DNA of 64,000 bases from Prorocentrum cordatum (taxonomy: Eukaryota), in contig CAUYUJ010000092.1 in assembly GCA_963575745.1 (NCBI GenBank), positions 124,001 through 188,000 on the forward strand. The letters run 5' to 3'. Position numbers and translations under genes: made by a program. This document shows, piece after piece, positions 23,873-37,100 of the stretch (positions are counted from its first letter, which is position 1; every line of letters begins with the position of its first letter). The notes beneath the pieces were generated by a model that made no database searches, had not been told where the DNA came from, and worked only from the letters and a program-made list of their open reading frames with translations.

Positions 23873-24090
23873 AACACCACCAGGGGGCCACCTCCAACGA
23901 GGTGGTCCGCGATGTATCCCCGAGCTGGAGGCTGGGGATGTCTCGAGCGAGAGGGGGGGACCACACCACCAGGGAGACAACACCACCAGGGGGGCCACCT
24001 CCAGCGAGGTGGTCCATGACGCCTCCCCGAGCTGGCGGCTGGGGATGTCTCGAGCGAGAGGGGGGGAAACACCACCAGGGAGACCCTCCC
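23873..24090. repeat. Tandem repeat, ~107-bp unit, about 2 copies
   Basis: caccaccagggggccacctcca.cgaggtggtcc...ggctggggatgtctcgagcgagagggggg repeated. Confidence 0.85.
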
Positions 24091-24496
24091 TTGCTCCTCG
24101 CATCTCCTGGCCATACACGCCAGGGACGCCGCACAGAAAAAAACAGGATGTCGCCTGTTTGGGTCGGCATCGGCCGGCGGACGGCCAGGGGCACCAAAAT
24201 CCGCCTGTAGGAGGATATGTCCGACCTAAGCCCATGTCCGCGGGGGGCAGCCCGAAGTGGGGTTTGGCCAACGCCCTCTGAGCCCCTCTGGCTGGCCGGA
24301 GTTTGGGCACCACGTGGAGCAGATCGAGCACCCCCCCCCTTCTCCGCCCTCCTCTGGGAGCTGCTGCGTGGCCAGCCGGGGTCAGCCTGTCTCCGACTTC
24401 TCTTTTCGTGTGCGCGAAGCTTGGCCCCGAGGGTCCAACATGGCTCCTCAAAGAGGGGCCGAAGAGGCCACAAGAGGACCCGAAGAGCCCAATATC

Positions 24497-24751
24497 TAGG
24501 CCTCCTATATGGGGTCGGAGGATCGCGCCGCATCGCCGATGCATCGCGCCGCATCGCCGATGCATCGGCGATGCGGCGCGATGCGGAGCCCGATATCCGA
24601 TATTCTCCACGCTGGCGTCGCCGATGCATCGCTGGCGTCGACGATGCATCGCCGGTGCATGGGCGATGCATCGCCGATTCATCGCCCATGCATCGGCAAT
24701 GCGGCGCGATCCTCGGACCCCATCTACTCGGACCCCATCTAGGAGGCCCCT
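24497..24751. mobile_element. MITE family copy (see 4727-4943)
   Basis: taggcctcctatatggggtcggag...ctcggaccccatctaggaggcc with gcatcgccgat internal repeats. Confidence 0.75.
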
Positions 24752-24879
24752 ACAAGAGGACCCTCAGACTGCTACGACCAGTCAAACACCCACGAATCCT
24801 TGCTGCTTTAGAATAATGCTGTGGTTTCTCGTGTCTCGATGTATCATGGCTCCTGTAGGACCTGGGAGGTACCATAGAT

Positions 24880-25500
24880 CGCACAAGAGAGATCCAAGAA
24901 GCTCCCAAGATGGCCGAGGACTGCCTCACGAGATCCCCAAGAGAACCGCAGATAGTTTTGAAGGAGCCCAAGGTGGCTCAAGAGGACCCGGAGACGGCCG
25001 AGACGCTTCGAGATGTCTCAAAGAAGCTCCAATATGGCTTTTCGCAGGCCCAAGAGGGCCCATGATGGCTCTAAGACGGCCCCAACAGGCCGCAAGAATT
25101 CCCCAAGAGGACCTACACGAGCCCACAGGGCTCACCGCGAGAATCCAAGGGCCGCGAGGTGGCCGGGGTGTCTTCCAAGATGTGCCAGAAGGGCTTCTAA
25201 ACTTCTCGAATAAGAATAATAAACGTAGCTCCAAGTGGACCTCGGAAGAGCCAACGAGCGCCCAAGAGAGCAACAAGAGAGCCGCAGAGAGCTGTTTTGG
25301 ATGAACCAGAGACGGCCGTATAAGGCCCGGAGATAGCGCAAGACAGCCCCACGACGGCCCACAAGCGCCCTGAGATACCCCGAGAAGGCTCCGATATAGC
25401 CCCACAAGAGGGCTCGTGCGGAGCCCGAGCATGGCTGCGAAATGCCCCAAGAGGATCCCACCACGGGCCCACAGGGCCCCAATATTGCCTAGAGATGGCC
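24880..25500 (-). repeat. Degenerate CCAAGA(G)GGCC minisatellite (reverse of the 55-61 kb satellite)
   Basis: Recurrent cccaagag/ccaagatggcc words. Confidence 0.6.
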
Positions 25501-26587
25501 GGCCAGGAGTCCCACCATGGATTATGCTGAGGAAGGGTCGCTGAAGGAGTGGATGAGGAGAAGCATGAAAGGAAAAACAGGAGAAACACACCACCCACCC
25601 ATCCCCATGACTCGTTCCTCTCTTGCCATCATCCTCATCGTCATCATCGTCCTTGCTCGTCTTCCGTCTCCTTCCTAGTCGCCATCAGTATGTTACTCCG
25701 CGTCGTCATCCTCATCGTCAAACTCATTATCTCTCTTCCTCTTCATCCTGCTTTTCTTATTATTGTTGTTAGTAGTATTCTTCTTGTGTTTGTGAGTATG
25801 ATTAACATTATTATTAGTATTATTATTATGTTTATTATTAATATTACTATAATTATTATTATTGCTAGTATTATTGATATTAATATTGTCTATTATTATT
25901 ATTATTTCCTCTTCACCCTTCCCCTCTTGCTTGTCCTCCCTCCTTCCTCCTCTTCCCCCCTCCCCCCTCCCCTCCTCCGCCCCATGCCTCCCCACCCCCA
26001 TTCCTCCTCCCCTATCTGGCTGAGGGGAAGTGCCGAGACGGGGAGGTGCAGCAGCTGGATGGAATATGTTCTAACTTGCAATGTTCGTACATCCCCCGCC
26101 CGAACCCGAGCACGTACCCGAATCGCACAGGCAGCAACGAACGCGTTGACTTGGAAGCTCACGGTGCCCGTTTCTTCGTGCACGGTCCCGCTCCCGCGTT
26201 ATACGCTGGCCCCTGAGCCACGTAGGATTTGAGCGCGCACGCAAAGCGCGTGGTGGTTCTAGCTTGAACTTGTTCGGGCGCTATCTGGAGTAGACCGCCA
26301 TTCCCAGACGTATGAGTCCGGAGTTTGGGAACACTGGATGCACCCAGCCCTGCGGCCAGAGGGGGACCTCTGGAGGCCGAGCCTTGGTGATGAGACCGTT
26401 TCCACCTGTTGTGAGCCTCGGTGCGGCGTTGCGACGCTGCTCGGCGGCTCCAGCTCCGGGTCTGCAAGCTGGTGCTCTTGGCTGTCGCTGTCTCGTCTCG
26501 AGCGCATTGGCGCGCCATTGAGCCCCAGCTTTTCGGGCGCGCCCTGCCCCCCCACTCCTCGACGCAATGCAGGCGGATGCCCCGCTG

Positions 26588-28455
26588 ATGCTGCGGCGGC
26601 TCTTGGCGGCTCTGTTGGCGGTGTCGGGTGCTCGCCTGAGCCACTGCGGGCGTCTGCTGCGACAGCACGGCAGCAGAGTTTATAAGCAGACTCTTCACAA
26701 TTACCAGAACGCGTGGTGCCCAGAGGGCCCTGATCCGCCGATCGAGCCGATCCGTTGATCGATCGGATTCGGGGGCTGTCCCTGCTGTGTATATGACATC
26801 ACGTGCACATGAGGATGTAAATGATCACGAGATCGAGGTAAGGTAAGCAGTCAGCGCCCGAGACCGAATTTAAGCATTGAGCGTCTGGAAGGGCATGCCT
26901 TCCGCTGCGTGGGTGCAGAGACGCTGGGGCCCCAATCCGAGCCACTCACGCTGTCCCCATCAATGGCCTGGGTGCTCCGCGGCACGTGTCAGGATCGGGG
27001 TCATGCTGCAGAACAGCCCAGATTAGGGTGGGACCTGTAAGGTGCAGTACTTCGCGGACTTCGACATCGGAGGGCAGAGCATATCGGGCATCTTCGACAC
27101 GGGCTCATTTGAACTGCTCGTGAGGTCGCCCTCTTCCGCTTCGTTCTCATCGCGCACATCCCCGTCATCCTCCTCGACCTTCTCATCTTCCTCCGTCTTC
27201 TTTCTCCCTTGTTGCTGCTCCTCGCAAGGTCGTCGAGATGCGCGCAGTGCGTCCATCCGACTCCGCCTTACACGCACGACAAGAGCAAGAGCTACAGCAA
27301 GAACGGCACCATGGCGAAACACGTGTTCGGATCTGGGCCTTGCGTGTCGATGATGGGCTACGAAACGGTCTCCGTGGGCCCGGTCTTGAAGGCCGAAGGC
27401 CAGGCGTTCTGGGAGATTGTCGACCACCGCATCCAGGTTCTGAACACAGCGAAATTCGCGGCGATCGTCGGCATCGGCCCGAATTTCGCGGCGCAGAACT
27501 CTGAGAAGACGCTGCTCATGAACTATGGAATCACGTCATTCTCCATCTGCCTGCGCAAGCCCAGCGGCTCGGAGGGCTACTTGACCTGGGGTGCCCCCAT
27601 CGAGAAGACGGGTCGCGTCACCGCGCGCGTCATCGGCCAGCACCACTGGGTCACGCCTCTGAGCGGCGTGTCGTTCAGCTCCCCGGGCGGCCCGCAGGCG
27701 CTCTGCGACGCCAGCCAGCCGTGCGCCGCGATCCTGGACAGCGGCACGTCCCTCATCGCGGCCCCTGGCCTCGCGCTCATGGCGCTCAGCGAGCAGATCC
27801 CCGAGATCAAGCAGGACTGCTCCAACCTGGAAGCCCTCCCCATGCTGAGGTTCACGATCGACGGGCATGCCCTCGAGCTGCCCCCGCAGGCTCAAATCGG
27901 GCCTGTCCCTCTACAGGGGGAAAATTCAAAAATAGTTGGAAAATAGTCTGGGCACGATTTTTTGACTATTTTTGAAAATTCTTGATCATTTTGGAGTGTT
28001 TCTTTGTTTTTCATCCAAAATCCCCGTGTAGGGGGACACGCCCGACTTAACCGCAGGCCTACGTGATGAGGGTCACCGGTGCGGTCATGGAGGCGAACGA
28101 CATCTGGGACGTGCTCTTCTTCAAGCCCAGCATCCGCAGGGTCGACATGTGCATGCCGGCGTTCATGCAGATCGACATGATGTCGCAGCACGGCCCCGTC
28201 TGGATCCTGGGCATGCCCTTCTTCCGCTACTTCCACACCACCTTCGACCGCGAGGAGCGGGCGATGCACGTCGCGCGCGCGGGCCCAGACTGCGAGGCCC
28301 TGCCCCTGGGCGGCAACGCGGCCGAGGCCCTGCTCGCGGTGGACAGGGAGGAGATGGGCAAGCCCATGGACGTCGAGGTGGACGCGCTCATCCCGCCGAC
28401 GCTGTCGGGCCAGATGGACTTTCCGTTCGGAAGCATGGGCGAGCTGGAGCTATGA
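26588..28455 (+). CDS. Secreted pepsin-family (A1) aspartic protease; exons 26588-26710, 27042-27124, 27229-27889, 28057-28455
   Basis: Signal-like MLRRLLAALLAVSG; YQN|VQYFADFDIG..GIFDTGSFEL; flap FGSG; AIVGIGP; FSICL; AILDSGTSLI; WILGMPFFRYFHTTFD. Introns GC-AG 26711-27041, GT-AG 27125-27228 and GC-AG 27890-28056 all keep the frame. An upstream in-frame ATG at 26567 is also possible. Confidence 0.92.
27892..28050. mobile_element. Introner (TTAAGTCGGG family) forming protease intron 3, 8-bp TSD CCGCAGGC
   Basis: ccgcaggc|tcaaatcgggcctgtccctctacag...tgtagggggacacgcccgacttaa|ccgcaggc. Confidence 0.9.
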
Positions 28456-30110
28456 GTGCAGCCGCGCCGTGGAGCGAGCCTTCGGGTCGCTGCGGGTGCT
28501 GCGCTTCCGACAAGCGCGCACCAGTGACCTCGGCATTTGCAGGCGCCGCGCGCGCCTTGTCCCCACGGCTTGAGCCCGAAGTCGAGGAAAGCCGCATCGT
28601 CATCGCTCAGCGCTCTAATTAGTGATCGTTGCCATCTCTCCCGCCGTTTAACGTTCTGCGGCGTTCGGGCACGAAGCGGTCGTCATATGCGGGAAGGTGC
28701 ACTTGCACGGAGGCGTCCAAGACATCGCCGCAAAGTTCGACCCGCCGGAGAATGCAAGCACTTCGAAGTGACGAGACCAGGGGCAGGGAGCGGAAGGAGG
28801 AGGTAAGGAGTAACATGGCAAGCATTGGAAATCTTCCAAGGGAAGATGTTCTAAAGAGAGCCGGCAATCTCCCCCATATGGTGCGTGCACGAAACGTGGA
28901 GAAAGGGAGTGGGAAACATAGAGGGGAAAGTGATCGGAATTCGCCGTGGCGTTATTGACTTCCACTGCGTGAGAAGGAAGACTGCCAGCTCGAGCCAACC
29001 TTTCATGGACGATCTTATGCAACATGCGGTGGCCCTCCTCTCCATGTCCTTTCCCCATTATTCCCCCCACACTCTCCCCCTCCCCCCCTCGTCTCTCTCC
29101 CGCTCATCCCCCTCCTTCCATCTTGTCGGTGCCTTCGTCGTCGTGGTCGTTCGTCGTCGTCGGTCGGCTCGTTTTGCCTTGACAACGTGCCCTCTTGGGG
29201 AGCGCGCGGGGCTCACCCAAGGACCCAGGAATACCTCCTACTTGCCCCCCCCTCCCCGCTCCCACGATGAGCTCCAACGCGCCCCATCTCCCCGTAAAAA
29301 CAAACAAACAAAAACTCCTCCCTCATCTCTCCCCCGCTGCCAGGCTCGTCCATTGCACATGTTTCGTTCCAGCCTCGACCTATATCCTGCCAAGACATTC
29401 CTGGCAGGGCACCACGCAGATACACATCTGTAAAAGCCGTATCTTCTGTAAAAGCCGTATGTTCTGACCCCTTCCTTATCGGGTTGCTGATTTTGTTAAT
29501 CTTGAGTTTCGTCTTTCACCCGGGGGGGAAACATCGGGCGTCCCACTCGCGCTGCGTTGAGGCGGCGACGCGGCGGCGACGGCGACAACACAGCCTCCAG
29601 ATCGACGGTAAGGCTCAGTTTCCTTAGATGACAGAATGAGAGCCAGTGCTAAGACTCTGTGGGGGACAAAACACCTCCCCCTCCCCTCCCCTTTATTCTG
29701 CGCCACTGTGCGATGCCAAGCTTTGCGTTGCAATGCTTTGTGATGCAATGCTTCACAACGCAATGCCACGCCATGCTATGACAGTCTACGTTCTGCCGTG
29801 CTCGTTTACGACATGCCATGCCGTGCTCGACGATGCATCGCGCACCCTCTCGCAATCACTGCCCTGCTCGACATCCGACTGTGTGAATGGAGAGGAGATC
29901 TACGCCATGGTAAGGGATGGGAGGGAGGGGTAGGACGTCAGATATGACGCGAGCGCACCAAGCTTGTCCCCCTCTCCTCCCTCCCCTCTTTCTCAGGCGC
30001 CCCACTCGCGATGAGATTTCGGCCCAACCTTCTGGGTGGCGTCACGCCCCCAAGGGGGGGAGGCCCGGGCCGCACTGCGGCGGGGCCGCCGCGGCGCCAC
30101 TTTGGGGGCA

Positions 30111-31153
30111 ATGGCCAGGCGCACGGTCTTCCGGATGCGCTCAACCACGGGAGCCCAGGGGGGGACCCTTGCTCAGGAGAGAGAGAGAGAGAGAGAGAAA
30201 GAGAAAGAGAGAGAGAGAGAGAGAAAAAAAACAGAGAGAGAGAGAGAGGAAGAGGAGGGAGGGAGGGGGGGGGGAGGGAGGAACGACGGTAAAAGACATG
30301 GAGAGAGGAGGATAAAGGATGATGAGGAGCCGGAGGCGGAGGCGGAGGAGGCGGAGGAGGGAGGGAGGGGGAGGAGGAGGAGGAGGAGGAGGAGGAGGAG
30401 GAGGAGGAGGAGGAGGAGGAGACAGAGAGGGAAAGAGAGAGAGGGGGGGGGAGTAGCATGGGAGAGCAGTGGGGAGGTGGGGGCGGAGCAGGGCGGGGGA
30501 GCAGGGCGGAGGAGAAGCGAGGGATGGTGGAAGGGAAGGAGGAGCAGGGGGAGAAGAGGGAGTGCTTGCCGCCCCGACACCGCCCGCCCACAACTTCCAC
30601 CTCCTCCCTCCTGCTCAGCGCTCCTTATCCTCCTTCTCCGCCTCCTCATCCTCTTCCTCCGCCTCCTCCTCCTCCTCATCATCCTCCTCATCCCCTCCGT
30701 TTCCCCTTCCAATTCCTGTTCCTGGTTGTCATCCATTTCCAGCTAAACTCACCTCTTGCGATTTCTTATCTTATCCTCATCTTGCTCATCCTACCCCTGT
30801 TCAAATTTCCCCACGTCCCCACATCATAACCATCACTGTCATCACCAGCACCCTCTTTCTGCGTTGTCTTTCCTCCTTTCTCATCATAACCAGATCAGAC
30901 AGAATCAGCACTATCAACTCCACCATCGTCGCCACTGTCATTGGCATGATCATCATCATCACCCTCGTCGCCCTCATAATTTAATCATCATCAGCAGCAT
31001 CATCAGCAGCATCATCAGCAGCATCAGCAGCATCATCATTACCATCATCATTAGCATCACTATCGCCATCATCAGAATCAACATGATCATCAGCATTATC
31101 ATCAGCAGCATCATCATAGTTATCATCAGCAGCATCATCACCCTCATTATCAT

Positions 31154-31184
<31 letters not shown>

Positions 31185-34100
31185 AGCACCACCATTGCCA
31201 TCATCATCATCATCATCAGCATCATCAGCATCATCATCAGCAGCAGCAGCAGCACCACCAGCAGCATCATCATCACCAGCATCACCAGCAGCATCAGCAT
31301 CAGCATTATCATCACCAGCATCATCATCAGCAGCAGCATCATAATCATCATCAGCATCATCATCGTTCTCACCCTCATTCGCGTCGTTGCCCCATCCTCA
31401 TCCTCGTCGTTCTCCCTCTCTTCGCCCCTACCCTCCCCCGTCACCTGCCCATCCCCTTTCCCTTACTCTCCTATCCTCTTTCCTTCATCCCTTATTATTG
31501 TTCTCATCATCTTCCCTTGTCCTCCTCCGCTTGTTCGTCCTTCTCTTCATCTTCCCTCCCACCCCTCATCTCGATTATTATCCTAGCGCTAATCCTCGTA
31601 CGTACTCCTCCTCCTCCCCCCCCCTCCTCCTCCTCCTCCTCCTCCTCCTCCTCCTTCTCTTCATTCTCCTTCGCCTCCCCCATCCTGCTGCTACTCATCC
31701 TGATCCTCCTCCTTGCCATGCCCAGCTTCCCGCTCATCCTCATCATCATAATCATCATCATAATCATCATCATCATCAGCAGCAGCAGCAGCATCAGCAT
31801 CAGCATCAGCATCAGCATCAGCGGCATCATCATCCCTTGTACCATCATAATCGAAATCTTCGTCATCAGCCTGGTTCCCATCCATCTCTCCCTCATCATG
31901 CTTGTTATCCTGATCCACCCTCCTCTGTCCAAATCCTAGAAGCTGCAGTGTCTCTCTGTTTGGGCTTGCCCTGAGGTCCTGTGGTTGACCGGTGTCGCGT
32001 GCATCTGCCTCGTAGCCGTGATATGGACGCTGGCGACGGTGTTGAAGCAGGTCGCCAGCCGAAGCCCTTCCCTCCTCTTTCCTCCTCATTCTACTCTCCT
32101 CCTCTTCCCGCTCCTGATCCCCATCCTCCACTCACGACCACAGGTCGCGGATCTTGCCAGCTCAGGAGAGGGACGATGATTATCAGGCACGTGCTTGCCC
32201 GATTCACCCCGAAATTGCGTACGGTGGAGGCGTTGGTTAAGGAATGTGTCCAGGAGGCCTCAGGCCCTGCAGGGTTCCTTATCCAATGAGGGCGACGGTG
32301 ATGCCCATGGCCACTCCTCGATGGGAGTTCCAGCAGCAGCCAACGGGCCAGCACCCAGCACGTCTCGCCCGCGCGGGGCCTGGGCGCAGGGCCCGCCAGG
32401 ACAGGGACAGCTTCTGGAGCAGCTGCAGCAGTTGCAGAAGCAGGTGGCAGAGCTCAAGGGCGAGGCCCTGCCCCCGACGGAGCCCTGGAAGGGGCGCAAG
32501 CCCCCGCCCAGGAAGGCTGCCGAGGCGAGTGCTGGCATCTCCTTCAAGGACGTGCGCACCTTCTTGGCGAAGGAGGGGCTTGACACCAGCGCGGTGGAGG
32601 AGGCAGAGAAGGCTGCGGAGTCGAAGACGCTCGAGAGCAAACAGCCTACTGCTCAGACGCAGCGCTGGCGGGTCAAGGCCATGCGCGACAAGATCAAGAA
32701 GCTCGAGTCCCGCGGGGCCGCCATCTTGGAGCAGCAGGCCGCACTCGACATGGAGCTCCAGGAGCTCAGGGTCTTGCTCGGCGACGAGAACCAGAAGCTC
32801 TCCGAGGGGGAGGCCAAGTTGGTCAAGCTGCAGGCCAGCGAGTTCCCCGACCCGATTCTGGCAGTCGCAGCTGGACTGGACGAAGACGTCGCCGCCAGCC
32901 AGGAGGCCAAGGACGCCCTCGCGGTCCTGGCCCGCTTGCAGACCGCAGCCAGCGACAGCAAGAAGGCAGCTGCCGCTGCCAGGGCCGCTGCTGCTCCTCC
33001 TGGTCCTGCTGCTGGGGAGGCAGACGCAGGCGGCGAGCACAAACCAGTGCCAGAATCAGACGACATCGACATGGAGCTGCTGGGAGGAGAAGGCTGGGAG
33101 GCGAAGCGCGAGGAGTACGCCGCAGCCTCAGCAGCCCTCCGAGAAGCGACCCCCGAGCAGCGAGATGAGGCCAAGCGCAAGCTGCGCGACGCCTTGGACG
33201 CGCTCTGGGCTGCAGGCAAGCGGACTCGGCACCTTTGACCCCAGGCCCAACGGGAGCCAGGAGGAGCAGCGTGGCCAAGGGACTGGCAGTCCGCAGTCTA
33301 GCCGAGGGCCCATATGTAATCGTGGGTTGCCCTTTCAGGATGACGTGGCTACAGACTCGGGCGCGAGCCCCCCCTTGGACCTCGTCTGCACGGCGAAGCG
33401 CCGCCCCCAGCCCAGGGCTGAGGCGGCAGGCGCGGCGGTGCCCGCCGCGGCCGCCTTGCTCCAGCTGGCCAAGCTGGCGCGGCCTTCGGCGCAGCAGGGC
33501 GCCAGCTTTCTCAGCATCAACGGCTCCACTTGGGCCGAGTCCCAGACGGCCCTCGAGCAGCTGCTGGGCGAGAAGGTCAGGGACGACGCGTACCTCATCC
33601 AGGAGACCCGCTTCACCTCGGCGTTGGCTGAAGGCTCGGCCCGTGCCTGGTGCAAGCGGAACGGCATCAACGCGGCCTTCGGAGAGTGCCGCAGCACAGG
33701 GACGGCGGTCCAAGCCGTCTCTTCGGGGGTCGCCGTGCTGGTCGGTGAGCACCGCGGAGTGGCCTCGATCGACCAGGTCTGGGGCCAGCACGCCTCAAGG
33801 ATCGTGGCGAGGCGCGTCGCCTTCGGGGACCTGGTCGTGGCGTGCGTCAGCCTTTACCTGCAGTGCTCGGTCAAGCTCAATGAGGCCAACGTGGACCTCT
33901 TGAGTGAGCTGCAGGGTTTCCTCCTGGGTTTGCGGGAACCCCTCGTAGTGGGGGCGGACTGGAACTTGGAGCCCAGCCTCCTCAGCAGCTCGTGGTGGCC
34001 TCGCGCGGTGGGGGCGGTGATAGTGGCGCCCGACGAGCCGACCTGCGGAGGTGGCACATACGACTTCTTCGTGATCTCGGACGTCTTGGCGGGGCTAGGG

Positions 34101-37100
34101 CCGAAGGTGACGGTGCTCAGACAGGCGACTACGCGCCCGCACGCCCCCGTCAGGCTCACTTTCGAGAAGCTGAGCAGCCAGGCAGGTGTCTGGGTGCAGA
34201 AGGGCCCCAAGCCTTTCGAGCTGCCTGCGCCTAAGCAGGAGGGGATCCATCCAGAGCCAGAGGAGGAGGACTCGCTGACGGACTGGAAGGCGCCGCTTCA
34301 GGACGAGAGTGGGGGCCCAAACAAGGCGATCATTGAGTTCTTCGACCAGGCTGAGGAGCGCCTGATACACCTCTTCGGCATCAAGGACGGCGCCAAGTAC
34401 AGAGGCAGGGCGCAGGGACTCAAGAGGGCACCCAAGCAGCTCATTCACCTCCTGCGCTCGGAGGAGGTGCGCAGGACCAGCCCGCTAACGCGCTGCTGGA
34501 TCACCTTGGGGCGCCTGGCCACTCAGCTGGCGGCCGCGGCGTCTGTGCCCCACCCCTCGCCTGGGCACCACAAGCACGTCAAGCGTCTGCAGGCGGCCGC
34601 CCTAGGCTTGGTCCCCAAGTTTGAGGCAGGGGGCTGCGAGATGTTCGGCGGCACCAAGATGGCGGCGATGCTGGCGGAGATCTCGGACAGGTCGCAGCAG
34701 GGCGACATCTTCCTCCAGGCCATCGGCGCCGCCTCTGAGGTCAAGCGCAGGGAGGGCGCGAAGCCCGCCAGGCAGCGCTGGCAGGACTTCATGGCCGAGG
34801 CCCTCAGTGGGAACGGCAAGGGCGCCCACGCGATCAGCAAGCAGGCCAACCTCGAGACCTGCTCCATCCTCGGCCCTGGCGAGGGCGAGGCCCCCCCCCA
34901 GTCCCGCTGGTCGGGCAGCAGGCCCTGGACAAGATCCTTCAGGAGTGGAAGGCGCTCTGGCACAAGGAGGGCTCCGCCAGCGTCCGCCCCGAGAACTGGG
35001 ACGAGCCCATGGGTCTGGACGCCATCACGGCGGAGGATGTGCCGGCAGCGGCTAAGACCTTTCCCAGGAAGACGGCTCTGGGATGGGACGCCTTCCACCC
35101 CAGGCTCATCCTCAGCTTAGGCAGGGTGTACGCGGCCAGGCTGGCTGAGATCTTGACCGCCTGGGAACGGCACCCCCAGCCGTCGGAGCTTTTCACCACG
35201 ATCATCGTCTTCTTGGGGAAGCCCGACGGGGGCCGCCGCCCGATCGGGCCCCTCTGCATGTGGCTGCGCATCTGGAGCCGCATCAGGCGCAAGTACTGCG
35301 CGGGCTGGGAGCGGGACCACAAGCTCCCCGAATATTGGGGGGCAGACTCGGACACCTGCTGCGACAGGGCGGCCTACATCCACAACCTCCTGCTCGGCCT
35401 GGCGCGCGAGAAGAACTTCGAGGCTGCGTCGGTCTACTTCGACATCAGCAAGTTCTACGAGCAGATCAGCCACGGGCTGCTCCTCGAAGCGGCGCGGGGC
35501 TGCGATTTCAACACTGGGTTGATCCAGGCGCTGTGCGTGCTGTACTCGGGCCCCCGCAGGGCCAGGGCCGACCTAGCCCTCAGCGAGCAGCTGGTCATCG
35601 ACGACACCGTCATTGCTGGATGCTCCTGTGCGACGACGATGGCGAGGATCATGCTGTACGACCTCCTGCTGAAGTCGAGGAAGCTGCTGCCGATTGGCAG
35701 GGTGGTCAACGTGATTGACGACATCTCGGGCCACGGCATCGGCACGCGCAGGCTGGTCGTCGAGCAGATCGCCAGGTTCGCGAAGGGCGTCGCCACCATG
35801 CTGGGCGACAAGCGGCTCCCCATCAACTGGGGAAAGACCAAGGCACTGGCCTCCTCGGTGAGGCTGAAGAGAGAGCTGCAGCAGCACGCCGACTGGGTCC
35901 TCGCCGACGAAGCCTTCGTCGCTGGCCACCGCGACCTTGGAGGCGATGCGACGGCGGGCGGCCACCGCAGGGTCGGGACGCAGGTGGCCAGGGAGCTGGC
36001 GGCGCTGCGGCAGGGCAACAACCTCACCAGGATCTTCGGCTCGGGGATGAGGCAGGCCAAGATCCAGAGGGCAGGCCCCGCCGCCAAGGCCCTGTGGGGC
36101 TCGGCCATCAACGGGGTCCCGCCTGGGCGCATGAGGGCGCTCACGATAGCTGCGGCGAAAGCCGCCTGCAACCTGCCGACGGGCGCGGCGCTGACCTTCT
36201 GCTTGCAGTGCGCGCCCCAGGGCTGGAGGCAGGATCCGCTGGTGATTGCGACGGGCCTGGCTGTCCAGGCATTCGTGGCCATGAGCTGGTCTGGCCAGGC
36301 CTCCCCTGCCGCCGTGCAGGCCTGCCTCAGGGACAGCAGCCGACTGGCCTCGCTGCAGAGGCCGTGGGCCGCGGTGCGCGACCCCGTCTCGGCGCTGGTG
36401 CTCACGCTAGGGCGGGTCGGCTGGGGCCTCAGAGCTGGCGGACGCGTCCTGACCGACAGGGGGGGCAGCGAGTTCGACGTCAAGAGGTTCTCGCCCGCCT
36501 TCCTCGCCGCCAGGGTCAAGGAGGACACGCGTCAGGCGGCGTCGCTCGAGGAGTACGTCAGCAGGCCCGAGACCTTCTGGCAGTGGCGGCTGCCGCCGTG
36601 GTGGACGCCGATCAACCAGCTCCTCGGCGCTAAGGAGTCGGAAACCTGGACGGCTCACCACAAAGGCTGCTTGAGACGCTTGGCGTCGCTTGCCAGCTGG
36701 CCCCAGGCCCGACTGGCGAGGCATGGGCGAGAGATCGACCCGCTTTGCAGGCTCTGCGGCGCCGCCCCTGGGACGATGCACCACAGGCACCACGTGTGCC
36801 CAGCCTGGGCGGCCTGGAGGCGGGACTACTGCCCGTACCGGGTGAGACAGGCAGCGGAGCAGGCCCACCGCATGGGGCCCCCCTTCGACGAGCTCTTCAG
36901 TCAGGGGCCCTTCGCCGACATCAGCCTCCTTGTGGCCAGGCCAGCCTGGGATGACAGCTGGGCGCGGCGATCCTGCGGGTGGGGGGACGGCATCTTGGTG
37001 GTGCCCGACGGGTCCTTCGTCTTCACCGACGGCTCGTGCCTGAACGGGGACTTCCCGCACGTCAGGAGCGCTGGCTGGGCCGTCATCGTTTACGGGCCCG

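Noticed and set aside
32148..32168. SL-like cttgccagctcagg at the 5' end of the near-intact LINE, and gatttcggcccaac near 30016
   Set aside because: Too few matches to distinguish from chance
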